DNA from: Bacteriovoracaceae bacterium
GTDB lineage: Bacteria > Bdellovibrionota > Bacteriovoracia > Bacteriovoracales > Bacteriovoracaceae
Length of the DNA: 64,000 bases
Reading direction: 5' to 3'
Assembly (NCBI GenBank): GCA_018649885.1
Contig: JABIHA010000113.1
Span: forward strand, 1-64,000
The position numbers were made by a program, and so were the translations under genes. The first letter of the stretch is position 1, and the number at the start of each line of letters is the position of its first letter. Below the pieces are notes generated by a model, which had not been told where the DNA came from, ran no database searches, and worked only from the letters and a program-made list of their open reading frames with translations. Below, piece after piece: positions 17,871 to 27,944 of this stretch.

Positions 17871-20800
17871 CTAGGGAGTATATTTATAAATTAGTCTTGA
17901 GCTGCTACTGAGGACATAGATATTGCCGCTCTCGTCCATGGTCAGGCCATAAAGGGCAAAAGTATCATTAAGGCTTGCAGGAAAGGCAATGCTTGTTTTA
18001 TTACAGGTACCATCAGTAAAGGTTGTATCATAGCACCTGAGTGCGCCACTTTTGAGGTAATAAATTTTTCCAGTGGATTCTTCCCAAAGAAAGTGTCCCA
18101 TACTCCCACCCCAGGTATCATTTAAAAGTGTGCCTAGCTCGGTGGGGATTCCAGAATCAGGATTTTCGATGTACCGAATAGTCTCTTTTTCATGAAAGAG
18201 CAGCCTTGGAGTTGTAGCATCATTGTCAAACTGCAAATACATTGAGGCATACCCAATGGCACTTATTCCACTGTATGCTGACACAGTGTTGAGTGCAGTG
18301 CCTGAGCTATCAGCACTAACAACATTAGTTGCTCCATCACCTAAGATTTTATAAATTTTCCCGTCAGATCCATTTACTCGGTGGATACCACCAAACCTGT
18401 GGTAAGTGTTTGTACTTCTTGTATAAAAATTGCCGTTATCATCAATTACCCAGCCACCATAATACCCATAGGTTGTTGGCTTATAGTCTGTAGCAGTGTC
18501 ACCATCAGAAGCCGTATGTAGTCCTGCAGATGCTCCCGCCAGAAAGCCACTGATAGAAAGGTCAGCATTGACCTTGTATACTAGCTGCTGGCTTGTCCCA
18601 AAAATAATGAGACCGTTATTATCAAAGGCAAAAGGTCCACCGGCCATTTCACCGTGTCTTAAGCCTAAGAATTGAGTACTTCCAAAAGTTGTGGGAGCAA
18701 GTGAGGCATCAATTTGATTGCCTCCCATATTGTGAATAATATCTGTTGCTGGGTCTATGCGGCCAATGACTGTGGCTTGGCCATCACTCCAATATAGTCC
18801 TCCAGGAAGATTGGCTTGGTTGGGAGCTGTCGTTTTTTTCCAGTTTAAAAATCGAACTTTTCCAAACCTTGCCAGTAACTTATCTCCCCCATCCCCATTG
18901 AAGGCCAATTGCCCAGCAAAGGTTTGAAGCTTATTATTAGAGTCAATATAGCGAAGTCTTGCTGCTTGTGGTGAGTTGTTATACGGGCCATCGGCAAAAC
19001 CAATAGCCCCACTTGCTCTTGTCCAGGGATGTCCCATATTCGTGCAAGCTGTACCTGGAGCAGCAACAACATCATTGTCACTACAGCTGATCATACCAGC
19101 AGTTGCGGACCTTTGACCTTTTGTCACCTGAATCGCCACTTCATCGTAATCGTTGGAAGATGTTGGAAGAAATTTATATATTGCTCCCCATCTTGAACCA
19201 TAGATGTAACCATCCGCTGATGAATATGCCATGCTACGATAAGAATTTTGAGGACTACCATTAGTCTTATATACGACTCCATTGATTAACTTGTAATCAT
19301 AGGCACCAGATTTATTTGACACATAAAGAGCACTATTTGATGGACTGTAAAAAAACAAGGTAGTGGTAGGCCATGACTGATTGGTCAAGCCTGTGGCCAG
19401 TGGATCATCGCCATCCGAAGGATAAGCATCACTGCAATCACCAAATGCAGTCGTTGCGGTTCCCGCAGAGCCATCTCCATTTTGCGCAATTTTTCTTATA
19501 ATATATCCCATAGTATTAGCATTGGAATTAACTGCATTACAAACGACTAGAAAATAAATATCATTATTGGCCGGGTTAATTGTCAGTTGAGAAGTGTAGT
19601 GTATAAAAGTATTGGCAGCAGTCGTGTCGGTTAAGTAATCTGAGCCACCTCCAGCATACTCACTAATAGTATCTGCGCTTGTATCAATTTTATAAATTCT
19701 CATATTGGTTGCTAAGGTACTATTGCCATTGCTTCTAGCTGTAATATAGATATTATCACTTGTATCTTTTGTGATTCCATGGACTATGCCAACTTTTGCA
19801 CCTGAAACAGGACCAGGAACACCAGATACTGCCGATTCGGCAGTATCAAGATAATTGTCAATCACACCAGTAGAAGCGGTAATTTTTCTCATATATGTTG
19901 CATCAGAGATGTAGATATCTCCATTAGATGTTTCAATAATTCTGTGATCAGGGGCCTTATCTTGAAAGGGACCAATATAGGCCGAAAGTGCTGAGTCACC
20001 ATTTCCATTGGCATCATTCCCCGCATAAATCTCCCATCCAAGTGTATTCATCAGCTGAGAGTATTGAGTTGCGGTATTTCCATTTCCATCTGTCACAACT
20101 AATTTGAGTCTAAAAAATGCAGTAGTGGGGGCCAAGAAGGAAACTGTAGAATGGGTCCAACTAAGAATCTCACCACTCCCACCAGTTGTATTGGAACCAT
20201 CTGTTGTTGAATCCCCTACACCTGCGGCTGCAAGACCTAGATTTGTAAAATCAATATTATCAGTTGAGTAATATATTTCCACGGCATTTGTCGCAAGCCC
20301 TTCACCATCGGCAACTGTAAAGCTTACTGTCACTGGTGCACTAAGAGCAAAGGTTGTCCCACCTCCACCGTCATCAACAGTAAGTGCTGTAAAAGATGGT
20401 GCCGTCCCCGCAGAGAGTTCCACTGAGTCTGTATCCACTAAACTTGTACCGGCAGCTGAATTCGTTGTTATGGTAGAAACATTACCAACACTATCTTTCC
20501 CCCAAGCACAGATTTTTTTATTTCCGGCAACGGGTGAGGTGGTAAGAGGGAGTGAGGTAGGAGATGCTGAGTATACGACCCAACCAGAATCGGCATAGTC
20601 GTTTTGACAGTCGGCATCTACACTCTCGGCCACTTTAACATGTGTAAGCCCAATACCAGCATCAGATGCAGTTACATTAATATTAATATCCCGCAAAGTA
20701 ATGATCCCATCACTTGGAGTTCCTTGGTTGTCTATAATTCCTGTTGCGCTTACAACTGGGTTGGTAGAGTCAACAGTAAAAGCTGTGGTATTTTCATCAG

Positions 20801-21827
20801 TACCTATATTGCCATAGGAATCCGTAAAGGAAACTCTCAATTTAACATTTGTTGAATCAATTGAGGGCACAGTCCAGGATATACTTTCCGCCTGAGCACT
20901 CAGACTTCCATTAATGGCGTTAGCAAGTGTTGAAGCCGGAGAGATTGCACTCCAGCTAGTTCCACCATTTGCGGAGTACTCAATTGTATAAACAAGAGTG
21001 TTATCAGCGTGTGTATCAGTTGCCTGCCAGTTTATGGTGATGCTATCGCCACCCTTGTTACTCCCATAACTCCCAGTAACATTAATTGTTGGAGCCGTTG
21101 TATCTAGAGTAAAATTGACAGCAGCATCTTTAGTGAATGCGTTGGTGGCCAAGTCACTCATGGCAACACGCAAAAGCATTTGAGAGCTATCAACACTACT
21201 TGGATAGGTCCAGTTGTATGAGTAACTACTTTGAGCACTAACTGCTGACACGCTCGTAAGTGCGCTCCAAGATGTTCCATTATCACTTGAATAGGTTAGA
21301 TCAAAACTTGAGGTCTCATCAAAATTTAATTCTGTAACCGACCAACCCAAACTAAATACACCAGGTCCGACAGTGCCTGAAGGCTCATTAACCCAACTAA
21401 GCACTGGGTTAGTTGAATCGATCGTTGCCGTTTTTAATGAACTAGCAGATGTGCCGTTTTGGTAACTAATTACTAAACGAAGAACAATTTCAGAATCTAT
21501 AGAAGGTATTGGGTTCCAAGTATATTTAGTTTGTGTGACCAAAATAGATTTGGTCAAAAGATTCCACGTTGTACCACCATCATCGGAGTAGTGTAGAACT
21601 GCAGATTTAAATTGTTCAGTATCCCCTAAACTAAAACGAATATTAGTACTTCCACCACCAGGAAGATAAGCCGTTGGTTGACTTAAGGCCCCCTGAACAA
21701 TATCTCCACCAAAAGTTTCTCCGAGATCTCCAGAGCCCTCACCAGCACTAAATTGGCACGACATCTGAAAAATCATCAGAAGCCCGAGTATATATAAATG
21801 AGTAAGTCTAGAAACTCCACACTTCAT
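17871..21827 (-). CDS. Large surface lipoprotein: Ig-like/Asp-box repeats plus NHL/beta-propeller C-terminus
   Basis: Signal ending ...QMSC; repeated YSxDxGxxW and DxTxP; GDGG-type NHL motifs; Ser/Thr/Gly rich. Confidence 0.75.
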   Translation of the reverse strand: MKCGVSRLTHLYILGLLMIFQMSCQFSAGEGSGDLGETFGGDIVQGALSQPTAYLPGGGSTNIRFSLGDTEQFKSAVLHYSDDGGTTWNLLTKSILVTQTKYTWNPIPSIDSEIVLRLVISYQNGTSASSLKTATIDSTNPVLSWVNEPSGTVGPGVFSLGWSVTELNFDETSSFDLTYSSDNGTSWSALTSVSAVSAQSSYSYNWTYPSSVDSSQMLLRVAMSDLATNAFTKDAAVNFTLDTTAPTINVTGSYGSNKGGDSITINWQATDTHADNTLVYTIEYSANGGTSWSAISPASTLANAINGSLSAQAESISWTVPSIDSTNVKLRVSFTDSYGNIGTDENTTAFTVDSTNPVVSATGIIDNQGTPSDGIITLRDININVTASDAGIGLTHVKVAESVDADCQNDYADSGWVVYSASPTSLPLTTSPVAGNKKICAWGKDSVGNVSTITTNSAAGTSLVDTDSVELSAGTAPSFTALTVDDGGGGTTFALSAPVTVSFTVADGEGLATNAVEIYYSTDNIDFTNLGLAAAGVGDSTTDGSNTTGGSGEILSWTHSTVSFLAPTTAFFRLKLVVTDGNGNTATQYSQLMNTLGWEIYAGNDANGNGDSALSAYIGPFQDKAPDHRIIETSNGDIYISDATYMRKITASTGVIDNYLDTAESAVSGVPGPVSGAKVGIVHGITKDTSDNIYITARSNGNSTLATNMRIYKIDTSADTISEYAGGGSDYLTDTTAANTFIHYTSQLTINPANNDIYFLVVCNAVNSNANTMGYIIRKIAQNGDGSAGTATTAFGDCSDAYPSDGDDPLATGLTNQSWPTTTLFFYSPSNSALYVSNKSGAYDYKLINGVVYKTNGSPQNSYRSMAYSSADGYIYGSRWGAIYKFLPTSSNDYDEVAIQVTKGQRSATAGMISCSDNDVVAAPGTACTNMGHPWTRASGAIGFADGPYNNSPQAARLRYIDSNNKLQTFAGQLAFNGDGGDKLLARFGKVRFLNWKKTTAPNQANLPGGLYWSDGQATVIGRIDPATDIIHNMGGNQIDASLAPTTFGSTQFLGLRHGEMAGGPFAFDNNGLIIFGTSQQLVYKVNADLSISGFLAGASAGLHTASDGDTATDYKPTTYGYYGGWVIDDNGNFYTRSTNTYHRFGGIHRVNGSDGKIYKILGDGATNVVSADSSGTALNTVSAYSGISAIGYASMYLQFDNDATTPRLLFHEKETIRYIENPDSGIPTELGTLLNDTWGGSMGHFLWEESTGKIYYLKSGALRCYDTTFTDGTCNKTSIAFPASLNDTFALYGLTMDESGNIYVLSSSSRLIYKYTP

Positions 21828-22009
21828 TTCTAGTTCTCTCCCCTAACATGTGGTTATCTCTATTATTTTAAGAGATAACATGACTCCTATTAGTTTAAGT
21901 TTTCATACCAGGCTAATCGGTTAATTTTACGTATCACCAAAGGGTAAAAAATTTTGAGGAAGTCCAATTACTTACAACGGAAGTAGGCAGTTGGGTACAT
22001 CTAGTAATG

Positions 22010-22280
22010 CACTAAATTTTGTTTAGTTTCCCTTTGCCTTCATGTTGGGTGTTGGCAGTACCTTAAAAAGTGTAAACCATGTATCGAGAATAAAATGTAA
22101 AGTATGTGTCGAGAATGGACCAATTATAATAAGAGCAAAAGGTAATGAAAGTGTTACCTATGTCATGATAAAAATATGTAACCTATGTCTTGCAACACAC
22201 CGCCTTGGGAGGGCAAGGGCAACTGCCAAGGGCAATAAGAAGGCAAAGGGAGGTCCTAGCAAATTAAGTGAAATGAGACT
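22010..22280 (+). ncRNA. Candidate unannotated structured RNA
   Basis: ~50-bp interrupted closing stem (22010-22059 with 22222-22270) with G-U pairs on the + strand; four internal TGTwAmyATGT-like repeats. Confidence 0.5.
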
Positions 22281-22288
22281 TGTGGGTG

Positions 22289-23326
22289 CTACGGACAAGG
22301 ATTAGGAAGCATCTCATGAACAGCTTCGATTTCACTAATCACTTCACTACTCAACGTGACATCAATACTACCAATATTTGTTTTGAGCTGATCCATTGTT
22401 GTGGCACCAATGATATTGCTGGTAACAAAAGATCTGGAAGTCACAAAGCTTAGGGCCATTTGAGAGGGATCAAGTCCATATTTTTTGGCGATATCCACAT
22501 ATTTTTCAGTTGAAGTAATGGCCGTGTCACTTGAGTATCTTGAAAAACGATCCCAAAGAGTAAGTCTTGCTCGTGGTGGTTTTTTGCCTCCAAGATATTT
22601 TCCACTCAAAGTGCCAAAAGCAAGTGGAGAATAGGCAAGCAGTCCAGCATTTTCACGAATAGACATCTCTGCCATTCCCACTTCGTAAGTTCTATTAAGA
22701 AGATTATAGGGATTTTGGACACTGACTATTTTTGGAAAATTAGTTTTACATGCCTCCATAATATACTGGTGCATGCCCCAAGGAGTTTCATTAGAAATAC
22801 CAATGTAGCGAACCTTTTTAGACTCTACCAGTTGGGATAGGGCCTCGAGAGTTTGTTCAATAGGCACTCCCATATACTCTCCCGAAGAAAAACCTCTTTG
22901 CCCAAAAAAGTTAGTGGATCTACTGGGCCAATGAATTTGATAGAGATCTATATAATCAACCCCTAGTCTTTCGAGACTGCTATCAAGAGCACGGTGAATA
23001 TTATCACTATCAAGATCTGGTTTTCCCCCTCTGACATGAGCACACATTTCGGCAGGGCCTACAATCTTTGTGGCCAAGATAATTTCATCTCTCTTAGACT
23101 TTAATTTATCCCACTTGCCAATTATTTCTTCGGTTTTTGTATAAGTTTCAGCTTTCGGGGGCACTGGATACATTTCAGCTGTATCAATAAAGTTAATTCC
23201 CCGCTCTAAGGCAAAATCTAATTGCTGATGGGCCTCACTAATTGTATTTTGCTCACCCCAGGTCATTGTTCCCAAGCAAATTGCGCTCACTTTGACATCA
23301 GTGTTTCCTAAATTTCTATACTCCAC
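22289..23326 (-). CDS. tas: NADP(H)-dependent aldo-keto reductase, Tas family
   Basis: ICLGTMTWGEQN, GINFIDTAEMYPVPP, IGISNETPWG, QNPYNLLNR. Confidence 0.92.
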   Translation of the reverse strand: MEYRNLGNTDVKVSAICLGTMTWGEQNTISEAHQQLDFALERGINFIDTAEMYPVPPKAETYTKTEEIIGKWDKLKSKRDEIILATKIVGPAEMCAHVRGGKPDLDSDNIHRALDSSLERLGVDYIDLYQIHWPSRSTNFFGQRGFSSGEYMGVPIEQTLEALSQLVESKKVRYIGISNETPWGMHQYIMEACKTNFPKIVSVQNPYNLLNRTYEVGMAEMSIRENAGLLAYSPLAFGTLSGKYLGGKKPPRARLTLWDRFSRYSSDTAITSTEKYVDIAKKYGLDPSQMALSFVTSRSFVTSNIIGATTMDQLKTNIGSIDVTLSSEVISEIEAVHEMLPNPCP

Positions 23327-23335
23327 AAATTTTTC

Positions 23336-23785
23336 CTATTTTTTAATAATTTTTGGTTCATACTTACTTATTTTTAGCTCACCATTTTCTCTGGTAAATC
23401 CAATGGTGATTTCTACATTTGCATCAACTTTTTCTGGATACAACTTTCTATACCTCACATAGGCAACAATACCTCCAGAATCAAGTCTATTGAAATTGTG
23501 AAAAGAGTGGATGGTCTTCGCCTTTTTATTCTTTAGGCCAACTAAGGCTTGATGAAATCGATCCCTACTTTCAATACTTATTCTTCCAAAATTTAAATTC
23601 AATTTGTCTTTGGCCACAAGAGTAGCAAGCTTGTCTTCAATTTTTACGCTGGGCCTGTCATAGAGATTGTCCCAAAGTTGATACCAGTTTTTTAAAAGTG
23701 CATTTATATCCTCGGCCCTTTCAACCGCCTGCAAGTTAAAACTTGTGCACATTACTAAAAATATGACAGCAATAGTCTTTTTCAT
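23336..23785 (-). CDS. Secreted hypothetical protein (possible NTF2-like fold)
   Basis: Signal peptide MKKTIAVIFLVMCTSFNLQA; C-terminal beta strands ending GELKISKY. Confidence 0.7.
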   Translation of the reverse strand: MKKTIAVIFLVMCTSFNLQAVERAEDINALLKNWYQLWDNLYDRPSVKIEDKLATLVAKDKLNLNFGRISIESRDRFHQALVGLKNKKAKTIHSFHNFNRLDSGGIVAYVRYRKLYPEKVDANVEITIGFTRENGELKISKYEPKIIKK

Positions 23786-23839
23786 ATAATCCCCCCCGAA
23801 TTTATATTCACTTCAATCTTAACCTGAATTTAATGAATA

Positions 23840-23871
23840 AAAAAAGGGCCAACTTTATGAAGGCCCCTTTT
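23840..23871 (-). terminator. Rho-independent terminator after nupC
   Basis: Minus strand GGGGCC...GGCCC stem followed by a T-run. Confidence 0.65.
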
Positions 23872-23897
23872 ATCAGAAATATACATTTTTTTTAAAA

Positions 23898-25121
23898 CTA
23901 TAAGAATAATCCTGCTACACAAGCTGTCATAAAACAGGCTAGCGTTCCACCGAGCAGAGATCTCATCCCCAGTTCTGCAAGGTCTTTTCTTCTTTCTGGG
24001 GCCAAAACACCAATGCCGCCAACTTGAATGGCGATAGAAGAGAAGTTGGCAAAACCACAAAGAGCGTAAGTTGATATGGCAATAGATCTCGGTTGGAGAT
24101 TTGCCATCATTTTTGCTAGCTCATCGTAGGCAACAAACTCATTGAGAACCATTTTCACACCTAGAAGAGATCCCACATTAATACAGTCTCCCCAAGGAAC
24201 ACCCATGAGCCAAGCAATAGGAGCAAATACATAACCTAGAATAATTTGAAAGGTCAGGTTTTCAAATCCAAATAAACCGCCACACCAGCCGATAATTGCG
24301 TTGAGCATGGCTATTAATGCGATAAATGCCAAAAGCATAGCACCAACATTTAAGGCCAGTTTAAGTCCATCTGAAGCACCACTAGCAGCGGCGTCTATTA
24401 CATTAGATGTGGTAACAGGCAGATCAACATTTAAAGTTCCTGCTGTTTCACTGACTTCTGTTTCAGGAATCAAAAGTTTTGCACAAACAAGTGCAGCTGG
24501 AGCTGACATTACCGAAGCAGCAAGTAAGTGCCCGGCGTCAATTCCCATTCCCACGTAGGCTGCTAGCACCCCGCCAGCAACAGTGGCCATGCCACCAGTC
24601 ATGAGGGCCATTAACTCTGATTTTGTCATTTTTCCGATATAAGGTTTGATAACTAGTGGAGCTTCTGTTTGTCCCACAAAAATATTGGCAGCAGCAGAAA
24701 GTGACTCAGCTCCCGAGGTACCCATTATTCTTACCATCACCCAAGCACAACCTTTTACAATCCACTTCATAACTCCAAGGTGATAGAGCACACTCATAAA
24801 AGAGCTGAAGAAAATGATTGTCGGTAAAACCATAGTGGCGAATATAAAGCCAATTCCAGATTGATGCCCTGGATTTACAAGAGTTCCAAAAAGAAATCCA
24901 GATCCAGCAGCTGTAAAGCTCAATATGCTATTGAAGAAATTTTTGGCCATCTCAAATACGCTACGACCTGCATCTGTATTTAAAATAATTGCGCCAAAAA
25001 TCAATTGCAAGCCTATTCCAGTGAGAACAGTTTTCCATACAATTTTTTTCCTATTGGCACTCAACGCATATGCAATTAAAACCATGACCGCAAGGCCCAA
25101 CAACGATATCAAACGTTCCAT
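23898..25121 (-). CDS. nupC: CNT-family (NupC) nucleoside transporter
   Basis: [39 protein letters not shown] motifs; ATG 25121 likely start. Confidence 0.92.
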   Translation of the reverse strand: MERLISLLGLAVMVLIAYALSANRKKIVWKTVLTGIGLQLIFGAIILNTDAGRSVFEMAKNFFNSILSFTAAGSGFLFGTLVNPGHQSGIGFIFATMVLPTIIFFSSFMSVLYHLGVMKWIVKGCAWVMVRIMGTSGAESLSAAANIFVGQTEAPLVIKPYIGKMTKSELMALMTGGMATVAGGVLAAYVGMGIDAGHLLAASVMSAPAALVCAKLLIPETEVSETAGTLNVDLPVTTSNVIDAAASGASDGLKLALNVGAMLLAFIALIAMLNAIIGWCGGLFGFENLTFQIILGYVFAPIAWLMGVPWGDCINVGSLLGVKMVLNEFVAYDELAKMMANLQPRSIAISTYALCGFANFSSIAIQVGGIGVLAPERRKDLAELGMRSLLGGTLACFMTACVAGLFL

Positions 25122-25239
25122 TTCAACCCTTTTATTAAGTGAATTTTTTCCCAATCCAGATATAAATCCTAACTGACTTATAACAGCGTAGCTCAGTTGT
25201 CAAAGCGAGTTGGAAGTAAAGATTCGTTATATCAAAGGG

Positions 25240-26181
25240 TTAGGTGCTAGCATGGTGATCGTAGAGTTCTAAATAGTGTTCACACATTTTTAAATAACTA
25301 AAGTGCTTTTCGGCGTATTCCCTAATATCCATGGGGGTATAACCGGTGTGATGTTTTTTCATTTTTTCTAAGAGTGTTTCTTTATCTGCTGCTTTCAAAA
25401 AAAGATCTTCTCCGCCTTCAAGGCCTAAGACCTCAGGGACAGAACCCCTTTCAAGGGCAAATACTGAAGCCCCACAAAACATCGCCTCAATCATCACAAG
25501 ACCAAAGGGCTCATCCCACAAAATAGGAAATAGTAAGGCCTTGGCCCCTCCTAAAAGTCTATATTTACCAGAATTGTCCAGGTGACCTAGATACCTTCTA
25601 GACGGCAAGCTTATTCCCCGACCTCCGCCAATGAGAAGTTTTGTGCGCGTCTTCTTTGCCAACTCTTTAGCAATGTGCAGACCTTTTCTTTTGAGCCCTG
25701 CTCTTCCCAAAAAGGCAAAATATTTTCTCTTAGAAAAATTATCGACGCCTAGGGGAATACTTTTTGGATCATAGCCATGATAAACAAATTTTTCACGACC
25801 ATGACGTTTAGCATGATCGCCGGATATGAATACAGTTTGAGGTGGAAGAGTAGATAAACTTTCACCTTCTCTTAAATTACCATGAAGAGTGACAATATTT
25901 CTTGCTGGACAAGACTTGGCCATATGGGGAAGGTGCAAATGGACAACATCTGCGTCCCCTGGAATAAGTTCCACATATTTTTTTTCAGCCTCGGCCATAT
26001 TTTCAAACCGGTCTAAGTAAATGTGGTTGATTCCAGGCAAATCATAGTCACCCCGGTAGGAAATCAGCGTCACCTTGTGACCCATTTCTACGTGTCCTAG
26101 GCACAATGACTCTATAACTCTTTCCATTCCACCGTAGAGGCTTACTGGCACCTTATTGTGATAAACTTGGACAATATGCAT
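25240..26181 (-). CDS. Glycosyltransferase family 4 (GT-B)
   Basis: YGGMERV and EPFGLVMIEAM motifs. Confidence 0.9.
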   Translation of the reverse strand: MHIVQVYHNKVPVSLYGGMERVIESLCLGHVEMGHKVTLISYRGDYDLPGINHIYLDRFENMAEAEKKYVELIPGDADVVHLHLPHMAKSCPARNIVTLHGNLREGESLSTLPPQTVFISGDHAKRHGREKFVYHGYDPKSIPLGVDNFSKRKYFAFLGRAGLKRKGLHIAKELAKKTRTKLLIGGGRGISLPSRRYLGHLDNSGKYRLLGGAKALLFPILWDEPFGLVMIEAMFCGASVFALERGSVPEVLGLEGGEDLFLKAADKETLLEKMKKHHTGYTPMDIREYAEKHFSYLKMCEHYLELYDHHAST

Positions 26182-26183
26182 AA

Positions 26184-26627
26184 TTAAAAGTTAAAGCTGT
26201 ATCCCCAGAAAATGGGTGATGCCCTTAGGTTTTGGCGATTACTGCCTGGAAGTTTAACATCCATAGCAAGTCGATTTTTAGATTCCAAACGGAACTCGTT
26301 ATAAGGATCAGGTGGAATCACTTTATTATATGAATCCGTTTTGTAATCATCTTTACTAATATTGGCCTGGCCCCACATAACAACTCCTACGCCAGCAATC
26401 AGGCCAATGGCACCACCAAACATCACATTTTTAAAGTGATCGCCCGGCTCTGCATAGAAGGGAAGAGTGGAAAGGCCTAGGATAGCTCCACCTGCGCCAA
26501 AGGCAGCAACCATTATTAAATCATTAACTGACTTATTAACTGTTTCATTTTCTTGCCCAAAAGCCGGATTGTGAACAATCAGCAAAGACAAAAGAATTCC
26601 AATGGATAATATTTTTTTCATAATCAC
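26184..26627 (-). CDS. Exported glycine-zipper membrane protein
   Basis: Signal peptide; two GxxxG-rich hydrophobic helices; C-terminal YSFNF. Confidence 0.7.
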   Translation of the reverse strand: MIMKKILSIGILLSLLIVHNPAFGQENETVNKSVNDLIMVAAFGAGGAILGLSTLPFYAEPGDHFKNVMFGGAIGLIAGVGVVMWGQANISKDDYKTDSYNKVIPPDPYNEFRLESKNRLAMDVKLPGSNRQNLRASPIFWGYSFNF

Positions 26628-26997
26628 TACCTAGGATGCTCTACGTGTAATTATAAAGCTAGCGCGCTGTAAATCATAGGAAAATGCATGAGCAAAAGCT
26701 TCAACCCCTCGAAAATCATTGGGGGAGAAAGGGCCGGCTACCATTCAGCACATGGATATAGACAGTTTTACTCATCCACTGAAGGAGTTGAAGACAAAGT
26801 TTCCTGCGGCACACAAGTCACCGTGCTGCGTATAAGCTTAGTAGAAGATCGAGCAACGCATCAAAGTAGGAGAAGGCCCTGTAGCACAGGCCTATCACCC
26901 TTCTCGGAGCAATTTAGTCAAAGAAATCGCATGCCATATCCCAAGCAACGTGTTCAAATACAGCCCAACTAAATTGCCAAGTAGTGGAGTTTGTTCA

Positions 26998-27819
26998 ATG
27001 TACGAAAAGTTAAAACAAACATGTGATTTTATTAAAAGTAAGACTAGCAGTGTCCCTAAAGTGGGTCTTGTTTTAGGCTCAGGCCTGGGTGCTTATATTC
27101 AAAGAATAGAAAATCAAACCATCCTTACATATGAAGAGCTTCCAAACTTCCTACCCTGTTCGGTGGAAGGTCATGAAGGCAGACTGATTCTAGGAACTGT
27201 TGATGGCGTTGAAGTGGCCGTGCTTCAAGGTAGGCTTCACGCCTATGAAGGGCACTCAATGGAGCAAATTGTTTTTCCTGTGAGAGTACTCGCAACCCTT
27301 GGCATAGAAGTCTTAGTTCTAACCAACGCTTCTGGTGGGATAAATATGGACTACAGCCCAGGAGACCTAGTACTTCTTTCGGACCATATTAATCTGATGG
27401 GTAAAAACCCACTTGTTGGACCAAACATCTCAGAGCTTGGGCCACGTTTCCCTGATATGACTCAAGCTTATAGCGAAGAAATCATCCAAATTATGAAAGA
27501 GTCAGCTACCGAGATTGGGCTCAATATTAAAACTGGAATCTACTGCTCTCTTTTAGGTCCTACCTATGAAACCCCAGCAGAAATAAGGATGCTAAAAACC
27601 ATTGGTGCAGATATGGTCGGAATGAGCACTGTTCCCGAGTCCATTGCTGGAAACCATTTGGGACTAAAAGTCTGTGGAATTTCATGCATTACCAATATGG
27701 CCGCAGGGATAGCCAAGCACAAACTCAACCATGACGAAGTAAAAGAAGAGGCCCTTAAAGTAATGGAAACCTTCTCAAGCTTATTAACTAAGAGCATGAA
27801 GAAAATAAAAGACCTCTAA
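26998..27819 (+). CDS. punA: Purine-nucleoside phosphorylase (trimeric PNP/XapA type)
   Basis: VLGSGLG, GRLHAYEG, TNASGG, GPTYETPAE, VGMSTVPE, ITNMAAG. Confidence 0.93.
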   Translation: MYEKLKQTCDFIKSKTSSVPKVGLVLGSGLGAYIQRIENQTILTYEELPNFLPCSVEGHEGRLILGTVDGVEVAVLQGRLHAYEGHSMEQIVFPVRVLATLGIEVLVLTNASGGINMDYSPGDLVLLSDHINLMGKNPLVGPNISELGPRFPDMTQAYSEEIIQIMKESATEIGLNIKTGIYCSLLGPTYETPAEIRMLKTIGADMVGMSTVPESIAGNHLGLKVCGISCITNMAAGIAKHKLNHDEVKEEALKVMETFSSLLTKSMKKIKDL

Positions 27820-27944
27820 ATATTACCAATTAAATAATTTGGTTTTATGCTCCTTTTTTTCCACATGAGATAATCAAAGAGGCATGTTAAAATTGATAAC
27901 AGAAGTAATCGTTAATTCGGGCGAATGTTCGAAAGGATATTAAA

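Noticed and set aside
22071..22188. Possible mini-CRISPR
   Set aside because: Repeats are ~12 nt, degenerate, with a 25-nt period and no cas genes.
22042..22305. 87-aa + strand ORF
   Set aside because: No RBS, no protein-like motifs, overlaps the tas end; better explained by the structured element.
26688..26972. 94-aa ORF; purine or c-di-GMP riboswitch match
   Set aside because: ORF composition is unconvincing; aptamer consensus elements are not present in the right order.
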